Virus record (IMG/VR): IMGVR_UViG_3300033067_000445
Coordinates: 1-54,615 of that record
Length of the DNA stretch: 54,615 nucleotides
Source: a virus
Lineage: Duplodnaviria > Caudoviricetes
Reading direction: 5' to 3' (one strand)
The notes under the pieces were generated by a model that worked only from the letters and a program-made list of their open reading frames with translations, had not been told where the DNA came from and ran no database searches. Shown one piece after another: positions 26,771-37,332 of the stretch. Each line of letters begins with the position of its first letter. Position 1 is the first letter of the stretch. Made by a program: the position numbers and the translations under genes.

Positions 26771-28242
26771 TGAAACAGTATTTCGCGATTAACAAAGTAG
26801 ATGAAGAGCTCCGCATGGTGTGGGGCTACGCATCGACTGAGTCGGTGGACTCGCAAGGCGAGACTGTCACCAAAGACGCCATGAAAGCAGCTTGGGCAGA
26901 CTATATGCAGTTCGCCAACGTGCGCGAAATGCATCAGCCTTGGGCCGCTGGTGTTGTCAAGGAATATGAATTTGACGACGTTGGCGTCAAAATTGGCGCG
27001 AAGATTGTTGACGACTCTGCATGGCAGAAGGTTGTTGAGGGCGTCTATAAAGGGTTCAGCATCGGAGGCAAGAAATTGCCTCGTGGATATGACGCAACTA
27101 CCAAGACCATCACGGCCTTGAAGTTGACGGAAATCAGTCTCGTGGATCGTCCCGCCAATCCTGAGGCTCTGATCGAAATGTTCAAGGCGGATAACACGGA
27201 GAACGACACGATGAAAACTGCAGGCGCTTCGCCTGTCGACAAGGTTGCGGAGCTGATCAGCAAGGGCTCAATGACGCCCGAGCGCCTGCTCGAACTTGTC
27301 GAACAGGACATTACCAAGAGTTCTACTGAAACCAGTGCGCCGAGCGCATCTGGCGATGGTGTGAATACTACGACCAATCCGCAAACTGACGCAAGCGACA
27401 AGCCCGCAGTCGAAAAGACTGTGGAACCTTCTGCCTTGCAAAAGACCATCCGTGTCTTGGGCACTGGCGGCGACGAGCTGAAGAAATGTCTGTATGACGT
27501 CAGCTGGTTCAGTGATCTGGTGCAATCCCTCGCATGGCTTCAACGCTCCACAGCGTACGAAGCAGAAGCTGAGGGCGACGGTAGCACTATGCCTGCCAAG
27601 TTGGCGGCAGCGGTGCAAGCCTTGGGTGACCTGCTTCTGCAGATGGCCCAGGAAGAAATTAGCGAGCTGATGGCGACGTTGGAAGTTCCTGAAGGCACCG
27701 TTGATTCCCTGACCACACTGACATCGGTTGTGGCTATGGCGGACAAGGGCGGTGACTTGAAGAAGGTCAACGATCTGATTGATGTGCTGAAGGCTGGTGC
27801 TCGCAATAGCACAGCTGACATGGAACGCATCCAAAAGGCGCACGACCTGCTCATGGAATTGGGCGCCGCGTGCGGTGACGGGACGGAAAAAGTATCGAAG
27901 GCTGACGTCGCAGGCAAGCTGAACAAAGCTGTCAACGATAGCGACATTCACAAAGCCCTTGGGCTGGTTGAAAAGGTCAGCGGCGAAATGGCTGCTTTGC
28001 GCAAGTCGTTCGACAAACTCAATGGCGAGCATGACACCCTGAAGAAAGCAGTTGGCAAAATGCCTACCGCTCCCAAGGGTGCCTTGAAGGCTATCGAGAA
28101 GGGCGATGATGTGGGTGGACAGTCTCCGGCAGCGGAGAATCTGGAACCCGTATTCAAAGCAGACGGCACGATCGACGAAGTGGCCACAGCCATTCGGAAG
28201 GTTCATGCAGGCGGCGGACGTCCAATCTTTGGACCACGCTAA
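26770..28242 (+). CDS. Prohead protease plus scaffold
   Basis: VWGYAS, DSQGE, REMH, GFSIGG, EISLVDRPAN; coiled-coil C-terminus. Confidence 0.88.
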   Translation: MKQYFAINKVDEELRMVWGYASTESVDSQGETVTKDAMKAAWADYMQFANVREMHQPWAAGVVKEYEFDDVGVKIGAKIVDDSAWQKVVEGVYKGFSIGGKKLPRGYDATTKTITALKLTEISLVDRPANPEALIEMFKADNTENDTMKTAGASPVDKVAELISKGSMTPERLLELVEQDITKSSTETSAPSASGDGVNTTTNPQTDASDKPAVEKTVEPSALQKTIRVLGTGGDELKKCLYDVSWFSDLVQSLAWLQRSTAYEAEAEGDGSTMPAKLAAAVQALGDLLLQMAQEEISELMATLEVPEGTVDSLTTLTSVVAMADKGGDLKKVNDLIDVLKAGARNSTADMERIQKAHDLLMELGAACGDGTEKVSKADVAGKLNKAVNDSDIHKALGLVEKVSGEMAALRKSFDKLNGEHDTLKKAVGKMPTAPKGALKAIEKGDDVGGQSPAAENLEPVFKADGTIDEVATAIRKVHAGGGRPIFGPR

Positions 28243-28309
28243 TTTCAACCAATGGACAAACCAAGGCATCCGCCGCAAGTCCGAATTTAACTTTTAGGAG
28301 CTCACCACT

Positions 28310-29785
28310 ATGAACCCGACACAAGACACCCTGGCCCTCGTCAAGGCCGCACTCGGAGCTGACGACATCTCCAAGAGCATCACTACCGCGAATGGCCTGG
28401 TCGCTTATGACCTGCAAGCCCCCGCGAAAAACCTGTACCCTGTCTTCACGCCGCTACGGAACCGCATTCCCCGCGTCGCTGGTGGCAAGGGCGTCGCAAC
28501 GAACTGGAAAGTGATCAGTTCCATTGTGGGCTCCGGCTTCGACAATGGTGCATGGATCCCTGAAGGTCAACGCTCCGGCCGTATGTCGTATTCGACCGCC
28601 CCCAAGGCTGCGAACTACGTGACGATCGGTGAAGAAGACAGCGTGACGTTCGAAGCTGTCAACGCTGGCAAGACGTTCGAAGACGTCCGCGCCACGATGG
28701 CTGTGCGTCTGCTCCAGAAGCTGATGCTGAAGGAAGAAAACGCGATCATCGGTGGCAATGCATCTTTGCAATTGGGCACTCCGACCGCTGCTACCCTGAC
28801 CGCCACCGGCACTGGTGCAACCCTGCCCGCACTGACCTACAGCGTGATCGTTGTGGCCCTCACTCAAGAAGGCTACTTCAACAGCTCGCTGGCTGGCGGT
28901 GTTGCAACTACCAAGACCGTGACCGGCGCTGACGGTGCTACCTACACGCTCAATGGCGGTTCGTCCATGAAGAGCGCATCCGCTACGCAAGCGATCACCC
29001 TCGGTCAGATCCTGGGCGCTACCGTTCCGCTGATCAGTGGTGCCGTGGCTTACGCCTGGTTCGTGGGTGGCGCTGGTTCGGAAAAGCTGGAAGCCATCAC
29101 CACTACCAACACCGTGACGTTCAGCGCCCCGCTGGTTGGCGGTGCTCGTCAAGCTGCTACCGCAATCACCATCGATGCCTCCGCCAACCCTAGCCTGGCT
29201 TACGACGGTCTGTTGACCGCTGCTTTGAACCCTGCCAACGCGGCCTATGTCGCTAAGCTGGCACCGGGCGGCACGCTGACCAGTTCGGGCCGCGGTTCTG
29301 TGGTGGAAATCGACACGCTGCTCCGCAGTATGTGGGACGCCTACCAACTGAGCCCGACGGTGATCTACATGAACTCGCAAGAGATCAACAACGTCACCCA
29401 GAAGTGCATGACTTCCGCTCAGGGTTCTTTGGTTCGTATGAACGCGAACGCTCAGAACATGAACGAGCCCTATGCAGTTATCGCAGGCGGTGTGGTCAAC
29501 AGCTACTTCAACCCGTTCATGCCTGACGGTGGCGCAGTGATTCCGGTCAAGATTCACCCGAAGCTTCCTCCGGGCACCCTGATCGCTTACTGCGAAAACC
29601 TGCCGATCTACTACCAGAACAACGAAGTGACGAACGTCGCCGAAATCAAGTGCCGCCAGGACTACTACCAAGTTGACTGGCCTCTGCGTACCCGCCAATA
29701 TGAGACCGGCGTGTATTCGGAAGAAGTGCTGGCGATCTACGCACCCTTCGCGCTGGGCGTGATCTCCAACATCACCAACGGCTAA
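28310..29785 (+). CDS. Major capsid protein
   Basis: Position after protease, AGGAG RBS, TPLRNRIPRV, EENAIIGG, highly biased codons. Confidence 0.85.
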   Translation: MNPTQDTLALVKAALGADDISKSITTANGLVAYDLQAPAKNLYPVFTPLRNRIPRVAGGKGVATNWKVISSIVGSGFDNGAWIPEGQRSGRMSYSTAPKAANYVTIGEEDSVTFEAVNAGKTFEDVRATMAVRLLQKLMLKEENAIIGGNASLQLGTPTAATLTATGTGATLPALTYSVIVVALTQEGYFNSSLAGGVATTKTVTGADGATYTLNGGSSMKSASATQAITLGQILGATVPLISGAVAYAWFVGGAGSEKLEAITTTNTVTFSAPLVGGARQAATAITIDASANPSLAYDGLLTAALNPANAAYVAKLAPGGTLTSSGRGSVVEIDTLLRSMWDAYQLSPTVIYMNSQEINNVTQKCMTSAQGSLVRMNANAQNMNEPYAVIAGGVVNSYFNPFMPDGGAVIPVKIHPKLPPGTLIAYCENLPIYYQNNEVTNVAEIKCRQDYYQVDWPLRTRQYETGVYSEEVLAIYAPFALGVISNITNG

Positions 29786-29795
29786 GCAAGCAGAC

Positions 29796-29819
29796 AGCAC
29801 GGGAGTTCGCTCCCGTGCT
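29796..29819 (+). terminator. Hairpin after the capsid gene
   Basis: AGCACGGGAG-TTCG-CTCCCGTGCT. Confidence 0.65.
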
Positions 29820-29836
29820 CCTTTCTGGAGAAGAAA

Positions 29837-30151
29837 ATGGAAAAGCTCGAAACCGTGCAAAAACTGGATGGCGTGCGTCTTAGCGCACCCGCTGGAACCA
29901 CGAGCGTGAATCACCAAGGATTTGAATTCACAGCTGACGAAGATGGCACCATTGTCGTGCCCGCTTCAGCTGTGCCTATGCTGGGCGTGCATGGCTTCAC
30001 CGCGTATGTGCCCAAAGCCGAGGACGACACCATCGCAAAGCGTGCAGCGGACCCCGAAGCGGGCGGCGCAGGCAGCGATCAGGGTGCGGCCAATACTACC
30101 GCACCGGCTACGCAAGCGACGGCCTCTGCCGCCCCTTGGGCCAAGAAATAA
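29837..30151 (+). CDS. Hypothetical head-region protein
   Basis: 104 aa, GGAG RBS. Confidence 0.7.
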   Translation: MEKLETVQKLDGVRLSAPAGTTSVNHQGFEFTADEDGTIVVPASAVPMLGVHGFTAYVPKAEDDTIAKRAADPEAGGAGSDQGAANTTAPATQATASAAPWAKK

Positions 30152-30166
30152 CCGGAGCGAACTGCA

Positions 30167-30775
30167 ATGACGACACCGATCGCAACACTAGCTGACCTGA
30201 AGACGTTCGCTGGCATCACTGGAAACAACACCGACGCGGTGTTGACCATGCTGCTGACGTCTTCGTTGGCTGCGATCGGTGCTTTCTGCAACCGAGATTT
30301 CACCAGTGCTCAGCGAACTGAATATCGCGACGGAAATGACGCCACCAAGATGCAGACGGTGGGCTATCCGATCACAGCGTTCAGCTCATTGACTATTGAC
30401 GGACGAATTATTCCCGCCTCTGTCAACGGTGGCTCCGGATACATCTTTGTTCCGAATGGGCGGATGCTGATCCTGAAGGGCTACAGCTTCACCCAGGGCG
30501 ACCGCAATGTGGTTATGAACTACACGGCAGGGTTCGGTGATGCTGGTGGGCTTGCACCTTGGCCTGAAGACCTTAAGATGGCGCTGCTGATGTACGTGAC
30601 CACACGGTTCAAAGAACGCGACCGCTTGGGCATTGGCAGCAAGTCGCTCGCGGGTGAGTCTATCACGTTCACTGACGGACCGTCGGGAACGTCCTCGTCC
30701 AGCGGCGGTATCCCGTCAGCTGCCCGCGATGTGTTGTTCAACTACCTGAACACCGTACCGGAGAGCGGCCAATGA
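30167..30775 (+). CDS. Head-tail adaptor
   Basis: TLADLKTF...FCNRDF...YTAGF...PEDLKMA; synteny. Confidence 0.8.
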   Translation: MTTPIATLADLKTFAGITGNNTDAVLTMLLTSSLAAIGAFCNRDFTSAQRTEYRDGNDATKMQTVGYPITAFSSLTIDGRIIPASVNGGSGYIFVPNGRMLILKGYSFTQGDRNVVMNYTAGFGDAGGLAPWPEDLKMALLMYVTTRFKERDRLGIGSKSLAGESITFTDGPSGTSSSSGGIPSAARDVLFNYLNTVPESGQ

Positions 30776-31290
30776 CGATAACTGCAACCATTCGCGGGGA
30801 TAGGCAACTCCGTCGGCGTCTGTCCGACGTTGAGGTAAAGGCTTTCGCCAGCGTCGAAACTGCTGTGAAGCGTGAGGCGTTGAGCCTTGTAGCATACATC
30901 AAAGCCAACAAACTATCTGATCAGGTGCTCAAGGTTCGCACTGGGCGTCTTCGCCGTTCAATCACAGCTCGTTTCGAGGGCGAGGGAACGGGAAACTTTC
31001 GAGCATTCGTCGGAACGAATGTGAAGTACGCGAGGGCGCACGAACTCGGATTCGAGGGTGCGGTGAAAGTCTCGGAACACCCTGTTCGGGAGTTCCAGAG
31101 AATGCAATCGATAGCATTCGGCAAGCCAATGAAGGCTCCTCGGATGGTAACGGTAAGGGCGCACACTGTGAAGGCGCACTCGATGAACATGAAGGTTCCA
31201 GCTCGTCCGTTTTTGTCCACTTCGTTGGAAGAAAATAAGGACCGCATCACAGGGAACCTTCGGAAAGCTATTGCGGGGGCCTTGCGATGA
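30772..31290 (+). CDS. Tail completion/neck protein (HK97 gp10-like)
   Basis: RTGRLRRSI, VGTNVKYARAHELG, PARPFL. Confidence 0.8.
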   Translation: MTITATIRGDRQLRRRLSDVEVKAFASVETAVKREALSLVAYIKANKLSDQVLKVRTGRLRRSITARFEGEGTGNFRAFVGTNVKYARAHELGFEGAVKVSEHPVREFQRMQSIAFGKPMKAPRMVTVRAHTVKAHSMNMKVPARPFLSTSLEENKDRITGNLRKAIAGALR

Positions 31291-31718
31291 ACTTGATTCC
31301 TAATCGCGAGACCGCTTATGTGGCTCTGTTCAACAGGCTGACCGGGATTGCAATGCTGAAGAGCTGCACCCGTAGGCTGAAACACTGGCAGGACGTAGCC
31401 GCTGAAGATCAGCCCGCGCTCTACATGGAGCACACAGGCGAGTCAACTTCTATCGTTCGCGGACAACCCTCTCGCATTGTGCTTGAGGTTAATCTTTGGA
31501 TCTATGCACGAAGCGAAGGCAATCCGGTTGGCCCGGTGATCAATCCGGTGCTAGATGCGATTGAGGCGGCTTTGCTGCCACAAAATGAAGGAGACCACAC
31601 TCTGACCCTCGGTGGGCTCGTTCATCACTGCTGGATCGAGGGTTCAACGCAAATCTTTGAGGGCGACTTGGGAGAAGAGGCTGTGGCCATTATTCCAGTC
31701 AAACTTCTTGTCACTTAA
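31287..31718 (+). CDS. Tail terminator
   Basis: Synteny; LDAIEAAL, TLGGLV. Confidence 0.72.
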   Translation: MNLIPNRETAYVALFNRLTGIAMLKSCTRRLKHWQDVAAEDQPALYMEHTGESTSIVRGQPSRIVLEVNLWIYARSEGNPVGPVINPVLDAIEAALLPQNEGDHTLTLGGLVHHCWIEGSTQIFEGDLGEEAVAIIPVKLLVT

Positions 31719-31729
31719 AGGAGCACATC

Positions 31730-32491
31730 ATGCAATTTATGTTCGGTTCAGGCGTCTTCTGGGGCACTCCGCTTCAGGATGCAAGCGGTAACGCTATCAC
31801 CAATCCCACTCCCGTTCAATTGGGCGTCATGCAGGACATCTCGATCGACATCAGCTTCGACATCAAAGAGCTGTACGGTCAGAGCCAGTTTCCCGTGGCA
31901 GTGGGTCGCGGCAAAGGAAAGATGACCGGCAAAGCAAAGGTGGCTCAGGTCAACGGCGCGGCGCTGAACTCTTTGTTCTTCGGTCAGACCACTACGGCAG
32001 GCCTGACTGCTGATTATTACGACGTGACCGGCGCTGCAATTCCGACCACTCCGTTCACTATCACCATCGTTCCTCCGAATTCTGGTGTGTGGGCTTACGA
32101 TTTGGGTGTGCGCGATCAGAATGGTGTACCGATGACCCGCGTGGCGTCCGCCCCTGCGACTGGTCAGTATAGTGTTGCCGCGGGTGTCTACACCTTTGCC
32201 GCTGCGGACACGGCCAAGACCGTGTTCATCAGCTACCAATACACGGCCACCAGTACCACGGCGCTCAAGAGCACTGTGAAGAATCTGGTTATGGGTCAGG
32301 CCCCCGTGTTCAAGGGTGACCTCTATGTGCCTTACGCTGGCAAGTCGATGATCTTGACGATCCCGAACTGCATTGCTTCCAAGTGGACGCTGGCTACGAA
32401 ACAGGATGACTTCGTTATTCCTGAATTCGACTTCAGTGGCTTTGCGGACGCCGCTGGTAATGCGCTCTACTGGTCGTCCACCGATCAATAA
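31730..32491 (+). CDS. Major tail tube protein
   Basis: Synteny, AAGGAG RBS, KELYGQSQFPVAVGRGK. Confidence 0.82.
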   Translation: MQFMFGSGVFWGTPLQDASGNAITNPTPVQLGVMQDISIDISFDIKELYGQSQFPVAVGRGKGKMTGKAKVAQVNGAALNSLFFGQTTTAGLTADYYDVTGAAIPTTPFTITIVPPNSGVWAYDLGVRDQNGVPMTRVASAPATGQYSVAAGVYTFAAADTAKTVFISYQYTATSTTALKSTVKNLVMGQAPVFKGDLYVPYAGKSMILTIPNCIASKWTLATKQDDFVIPEFDFSGFADAAGNALYWSSTDQ

Positions 32492-32502
32492 TCTGTAACC
32501 AC

Positions 32503-32529
32503 AGCAAGCGGGTTCGCCGCCCGCTTGCT
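32503..32529 (+). terminator. Hairpin after the tail tube gene
   Basis: AGCAAGCGGG...CCCGCTTGCT. Confidence 0.55.
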
Positions 32530-32549
32530 CAACATTCCTGGAGAATAAA

Positions 32550-32882
32550 ATGGCTGAAACCAAAGACGTGAAAGTGCAAGGGGAAGTGATTACCCTTGGC
32601 AGTGAAGAATATGTTCTTCCTCCCCTGCCCCTGATCAAGATGTCTTCGATCAAGCGGCTGATGTCCGGTGGCGATTTCACCGAGGACGAAGAGTATGTCG
32701 GTTCTTTGGTGGACGCCATTTACTGGAGTCTGAAACGTAATTATCCGCAGATGGACCGCGAGACCGTGGAACTGAACTTGGATATGGCAAACTTCCAAGC
32801 TGTGATGGATGCGTTCATGAAGACGAACAAGATGACCCCGAAAGCTGGTGCTCCGGCAACGGGGGAAGCTACGGCGAGCTGA
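32550..32882 (+). CDS. Tail assembly chaperone (G-like)
   Basis: Lies between tube and tape measure genes; slippery GGGGGAA near its end. Confidence 0.8.
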   Translation: MAETKDVKVQGEVITLGSEEYVLPPLPLIKMSSIKRLMSGGDFTEDEEYVGSLVDAIYWSLKRNYPQMDRETVELNLDMANFQAVMDAFMKTNKMTPKAGAPATGEATAS

Positions 32883-33193
32883 TCGACTGGGACGAGGTCA
32901 TTACCCATGTGGCCATCAGTACCGGATGGACTTTGGACTATGTGGGCTGGCATGTCGATCTTCCTCGCCTGGAGACGCTGAACAAGTATTGGAAGAAATT
33001 CCCTCCCGTCCATGTTCTTGTGGCGTCGTATGTCGGTTACGAAGCGCCTGCGGATGCTGGTCTTAAACCTGAAGAGGTTAAGGCATCGCAGGATGATATG
33101 ATGCAGGAATTCATGGCGAGTGTCCCGACCCGTGTATTCCAGAAACCAGTGGTGAAGCATGGCGACGGATCAGAACTTAGAACTTCTAATTAG
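32861..33193 (+). CDS. Tail assembly chaperone extension (T-like), reached by -1 frameshift
   Basis: The -1 frame is open from GGGGGAA (32861-32867) to 33193. Confidence 0.7.
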   Translation, partial: GGSYGELIDWDEVITHVAISTGWTLDYVGWHVDLPRLETLNKYWKKFPPVHVLVASYVGYEAPADAGLKPEEVKASQDDMMQEFMASVPTRVFQKPVVKHGDGSELRTSN

Positions 33194-35801
33194 TGCGGAC
33201 AGCTCCGGTGTCAAAACCGGAATGGCCGATGCTAAGCAGACCGTCCAATCATCGACGGAAGCAATTAAACAATCAACTCAGCAGATGGCGGACCAAACGA
33301 AGTCCGCCATGCAGCAGATGCGAGACGCATTCAAGAACATGGCTTCAGGTTCGTCCGAGGCGATGAAAGATGGTGCGTCCGCTACTGCGGCCCATGCTCA
33401 GACAATTGGTAACTCTCTCACGGGTGCAGTAAGCGGCATCCAGAGCCAGCTGGGCGGGCTGTCTTCTGCGATTGGTTTTATCACCAAGAACTTCGCAGCT
33501 CTTGCAGCCATCACAGCGGGTGTCGTTGTCTTCAAGGAAGGCATCAGCGCCACAAAAGAGTTCACAAGCGAAGCCAATAAGCTAGCTCGAGCATTCAACA
33601 TCAGCGCGACGGAAGCGTCCACGCTAAATGTGGCTCTAGGCGACATCTATACGGATGCTGAAACAATGGTGGGCGCATCTCAGCAGCTTTCTCGCCAACT
33701 GCGGAATAACGAGGAAGGCCTGAAGTCCATGGGTCTGCAAACCCGTGACAGCTCAGGTGAATACCGAAACCTCAAAGACCTGATGTTAGATGCGGCCAAG
33801 GTGCTGGGCGACTACAAAGAAGGCACCGATCGCGCTCTTGCGGGGCAAGTGCTTTTCGGAAAGGGTGCAGGGGATGCCGCTGCACTGATGCGCCTCAATA
33901 CAGGGGTCATGGAAGCGGCTCGTCAGAAGCAGGAAGAGCTCGGGCTCACTGTGGGTAAAGAGAACGTCGAAGCCCTCAAAGCGTACAAAGCAGCAATGAA
34001 TGACGTCGGTGACGTCATGTTGGCGTTGAAAAAGACCATCGGTGACGCGGTGATGCCCATCTTCACTAAGTTCGGCGAATGGTTGTCATCTATTGGCCCG
34101 GCGGCAGTAACGATTCTCAAGGGTGCCATCGGAGGCCTTGCAGCCACATTCTGGTTCGTGAAGAATGGTGTGACGGTGCTGTGGGAAACAATCAACGCCA
34201 TGATCGTCAGCGTTACTGAGCCTATCCGCGCCCTTGCGGCTGCATTGGCAAAGGCGCTCACAGGTGATTGGGCTGGCGCAAAGAACGAGCTTGGAAATAT
34301 CGGCACGGTGATCAAAACCACTTGGGCCGGTGCGATGGACGAGATGTATAAGTCCAGCGAAGAGACGAATGCTCGAGTGGCTGCACTGTTTAACAAGCCT
34401 ACTGACACGAAGGCGACAGACAACAAAGGCAAGAAGGATTTCGTAGACCCGAAAGATAAGAGCAAGCCTGAGAAGTCCCAGATGAAGGACTACGAAGCTG
34501 AGTTGGCTGAAAAGAAAGTTGCCTACCAAGAGCAGCAACGAATTGAAGGTTCGTTCCGCGAGTTCAGCAAGCAACAAGAACTCGACTTCTGGGAAACAAA
34601 GCTGAACACGGTAGCCAAGGGGACGGATGACGAAAAGACACTGAGGCTCAAAGTGGCCACAACGAAGCTCGCTATCGACAAATCGTCGTTCGAGGCGGAG
34701 GTCGCAAACCTTAAATCGTCAATGGCAGAGTTCAAGAATAACGCTTCCGCAAGGCTTGAGATTGCTCAGCAGCTTGCGGAACGCATGAAGAAAGCATATG
34801 GCGAGGACAGCAAGGAATATGCCCTTGCTCAAAAGGATATTCTTGCGGCCAAAAGACAAGTCGCGGATCAACTGAAGCAGATTGAAACTGAGCAAGTCAA
34901 GACCGCGATGAATCGCAATATGGATCTGATTGCACAGGAACAAGAGATTTCCGACATGCGCTATCAGCTGGGCATTCAATCTGCTCAGCAGACTTTCGCG
35001 CTTGAGCAAGACTTCGAATCCCGTCGCTATCAGTTACAAGCCAAGTCGCTGCAAGACCAGTTAGAGCTGGCCAAACTGAATCCCGACAAGAACCCTGTCG
35101 AAGTTGAAAAGATTAACGCCCAGCTTGAAGAGTTGGAGATGAAGCATCAGGCAACGATGCGGGGCATCCAGCACAAAGCAACAATGGAACAGATGAAGGA
35201 CTGGAAGGGCATGTTTGACGCCATCCAGAATTCACTTGCCAGTGTGGTCAAAGGCCTTATGAACGGGACAATGACCATGGGCAAAGCGATCAAGACTCTG
35301 TTCGCTGGTGTCCTGGATGCAGTAGTGAACACGCTTGCACAGATGGCAGCGAAATGGATCATGCAGAAGGTCATTGAAATGATCTGGGGCAAGACTGCGG
35401 CCATCAGCGGTGTGGCAGCGAATGCAGCGGTGGCAGGGTCGGGCGCATACGCGGCTACAGCGTCGATTCCATACGTTGGGCCGTTTATGGCACCCGCTGC
35501 GGCTGCGACGGCCTACGCCGGCGCTATGTCGTTCGGTGCGGGGCTTGCTGCTGAGAAGGGTTTTGACGTGCCAGCGGGCATGAACCCGATCACGCAACTC
35601 CACCAGAAAGAAATGGTTCTGCCCGCAAACATTGCCCAGCCCTTGCGTGACAGCTTGGACGGTGGCGGAGGTATTGGCGGCGGTGACTATCACCTCCACG
35701 TTCACGCCACCGATTCGGATAGCGTGAAGCGTCTGTTCCAGAACAATGGTTCTGCACTGATGGAAGTTCTTCGCCAGCAGCACCGAAACTTTGCAGGATA
35801 A
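33159..35801 (+). CDS. Tape measure protein
   Basis: 880 aa, Ala-rich helical protein following the chaperones. Confidence 0.92.
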   Translation: MATDQNLELLISADSSGVKTGMADAKQTVQSSTEAIKQSTQQMADQTKSAMQQMRDAFKNMASGSSEAMKDGASATAAHAQTIGNSLTGAVSGIQSQLGGLSSAIGFITKNFAALAAITAGVVVFKEGISATKEFTSEANKLARAFNISATEASTLNVALGDIYTDAETMVGASQQLSRQLRNNEEGLKSMGLQTRDSSGEYRNLKDLMLDAAKVLGDYKEGTDRALAGQVLFGKGAGDAAALMRLNTGVMEAARQKQEELGLTVGKENVEALKAYKAAMNDVGDVMLALKKTIGDAVMPIFTKFGEWLSSIGPAAVTILKGAIGGLAATFWFVKNGVTVLWETINAMIVSVTEPIRALAAALAKALTGDWAGAKNELGNIGTVIKTTWAGAMDEMYKSSEETNARVAALFNKPTDTKATDNKGKKDFVDPKDKSKPEKSQMKDYEAELAEKKVAYQEQQRIEGSFREFSKQQELDFWETKLNTVAKGTDDEKTLRLKVATTKLAIDKSSFEAEVANLKSSMAEFKNNASARLEIAQQLAERMKKAYGEDSKEYALAQKDILAAKRQVADQLKQIETEQVKTAMNRNMDLIAQEQEISDMRYQLGIQSAQQTFALEQDFESRRYQLQAKSLQDQLELAKLNPDKNPVEVEKINAQLEELEMKHQATMRGIQHKATMEQMKDWKGMFDAIQNSLASVVKGLMNGTMTMGKAIKTLFAGVLDAVVNTLAQMAAKWIMQKVIEMIWGKTAAISGVAANAAVAGSGAYAATASIPYVGPFMAPAAAATAYAGAMSFGAGLAAEKGFDVPAGMNPITQLHQKEMVLPANIAQPLRDSLDGGGGIGGGDYHLHVHATDSDSVKRLFQNNGSALMEVLRQQHRNFAG

Positions 35802-35804
35802 CTC

Positions 35805-36464
35805 ATGGGAAACTCAATCTTTCCAACACTGCCAGGGCTGGGCTTCAGCGTTACCAAGAAGCCCCAATTCATTACCAAGATTCAGAAGTCTGTCAACGGG
35901 CGTGAGCTTCGGGCAAAGTATTCAACAAGCCCGCTCTGGAACTATTCACTCAGCTTCGAATTCCTTCGCGATACAGTATGGCAAAGCGAGCTCGACAGCT
36001 TGGCAGGGTTCTTCCTGCAAAGATTCGGATCCTGGGATTCTTTCCTATTCCAAGACCCTGATGACTATATAGCCAGCGGGTCTCAGTTTGGCGTTGGCGA
36101 TGGGGCAACGACTTCATTTCAATTAACTCGTTCCTTCGGAGGGTTCAGCGAGCCCATTTATAACGTCGCAAGCCTAGTTGATCTCACCGCTTCTATGTGG
36201 ACCACTGGGGCAGCTTATTTCTGGCCCCGTAAGAAGTCGACCCCGAAAATGTGGTCATACACGCCTCCGCCATATACGATCAGCTCGACGGGCATGATTA
36301 CATTTTCATATCCGCCAACCGCTGGTCAGCCCCTGTACTGGAACGGAACATTTTATTATCGAGCAAGGTTTCTCCACGATGATCAGGAATACGAAAAATT
36401 CATGTATCAGTTATGGACGAACAAGAAATGTGAATTGCTTGCGTCTTTAGGGAACAAGATATGA
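35805..36464 (+). CDS. Distal tail protein (DUF2460-like)
   Basis: FFLQRFGSWDSFLFQDPDD, GDGATTSFQL. Confidence 0.8.
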   Translation: MGNSIFPTLPGLGFSVTKKPQFITKIQKSVNGRELRAKYSTSPLWNYSLSFEFLRDTVWQSELDSLAGFFLQRFGSWDSFLFQDPDDYIASGSQFGVGDGATTSFQLTRSFGGFSEPIYNVASLVDLTASMWTTGAAYFWPRKKSTPKMWSYTPPPYTISSTGMITFSYPPTAGQPLYWNGTFYYRARFLHDDQEYEKFMYQLWTNKKCELLASLGNKI

Positions 36465-37318
36465 AGACCGCTAGTGCAGCATTAAAAAGCCTATTGTCCC
36501 GCCAGCAGTTCATAATGGCGGATCTATATACGATAACCACAATCTACGGGAATCAGTATTTCTATACGACGTATGATTACGATCTGGTCGTAGGCGGAAA
36601 CACTTTCAATTCAAGCGGTCTAGTTATTGAACGAAGTAGCGTCCGAATCGTTATAGGTGTTGAGGTGGACACGCTGGAAGTCACGGTAAAGGCTGACAAT
36701 TCACCTTCCAGTTTGTTATCAGGAACGCCATTCATTCAGGTTGTTCATAATGGGGGACTTGACGGCGCTCGCATTAAACTCGAAAGAGTATTTATGGGCA
36801 CGCCCGGCGACACCAGTGCGGGCACCGTGCTTCTGTTTGAAGGCCGTGTTGCAGACGTTGAGTGCAGTAGAACTATGGCACGCCTCAAAGTAAATTCGGA
36901 CCTAGAGTTATTGAACATTCAGATGCCCCGAAACCTGTATCAGCCGGGATGCATTCATAACCTGTACGACACAGGATGCGCTCTGACTAAATCAAGCTGG
37001 GCCGTTGGAGGTAGTGTTTCGTCAGTGGTAAACTACACAGGAGTGGCCTCAGGTTTGTCGCAACCGAATGGGTATTTTGACAACGGCGTATTGATATTCA
37101 ATTCAGGTACGAATGCTCAAGTGCGCAGAACAGTGAAAAAATATGTGTCGGGGATCTTTACATTCTCAACACCTTTGAAGGTTCTTCCCTCAATTGGGGA
37201 CAGCTTTACAGCCTATCCCGGATGTGACAAGACTCAGGCCACATGCACTAACAAATTCAACAATGTAATCCATTTTCGCGGGTATCCCTATATCCCGATC
37301 CCTGAAACTGCAATATAG
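36461..37318 (+). CDS. Tail hub protein (DUF2163-like)
   Basis: YQPGCIHNLYDTGC, GCDKTQATC..KFNNVIHFRGYPYIP. Confidence 0.85.
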   Translation: MKTASAALKSLLSRQQFIMADLYTITTIYGNQYFYTTYDYDLVVGGNTFNSSGLVIERSSVRIVIGVEVDTLEVTVKADNSPSSLLSGTPFIQVVHNGGLDGARIKLERVFMGTPGDTSAGTVLLFEGRVADVECSRTMARLKVNSDLELLNIQMPRNLYQPGCIHNLYDTGCALTKSSWAVGGSVSSVVNYTGVASGLSQPNGYFDNGVLIFNSGTNAQVRRTVKKYVSGIFTFSTPLKVLPSIGDSFTAYPGCDKTQATCTNKFNNVIHFRGYPYIPIPETAI

Positions 37319-37332
37319 AACTGGAGCCAACA

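Noticed and set aside
28454-29917. Long antisense ORFs (also 24878-25840, 27268-28278, 31748-32719, 5040-5903)
   Set aside because: They are shadows of strongly codon-biased genes on the opposite strand, with no RBS or motifs
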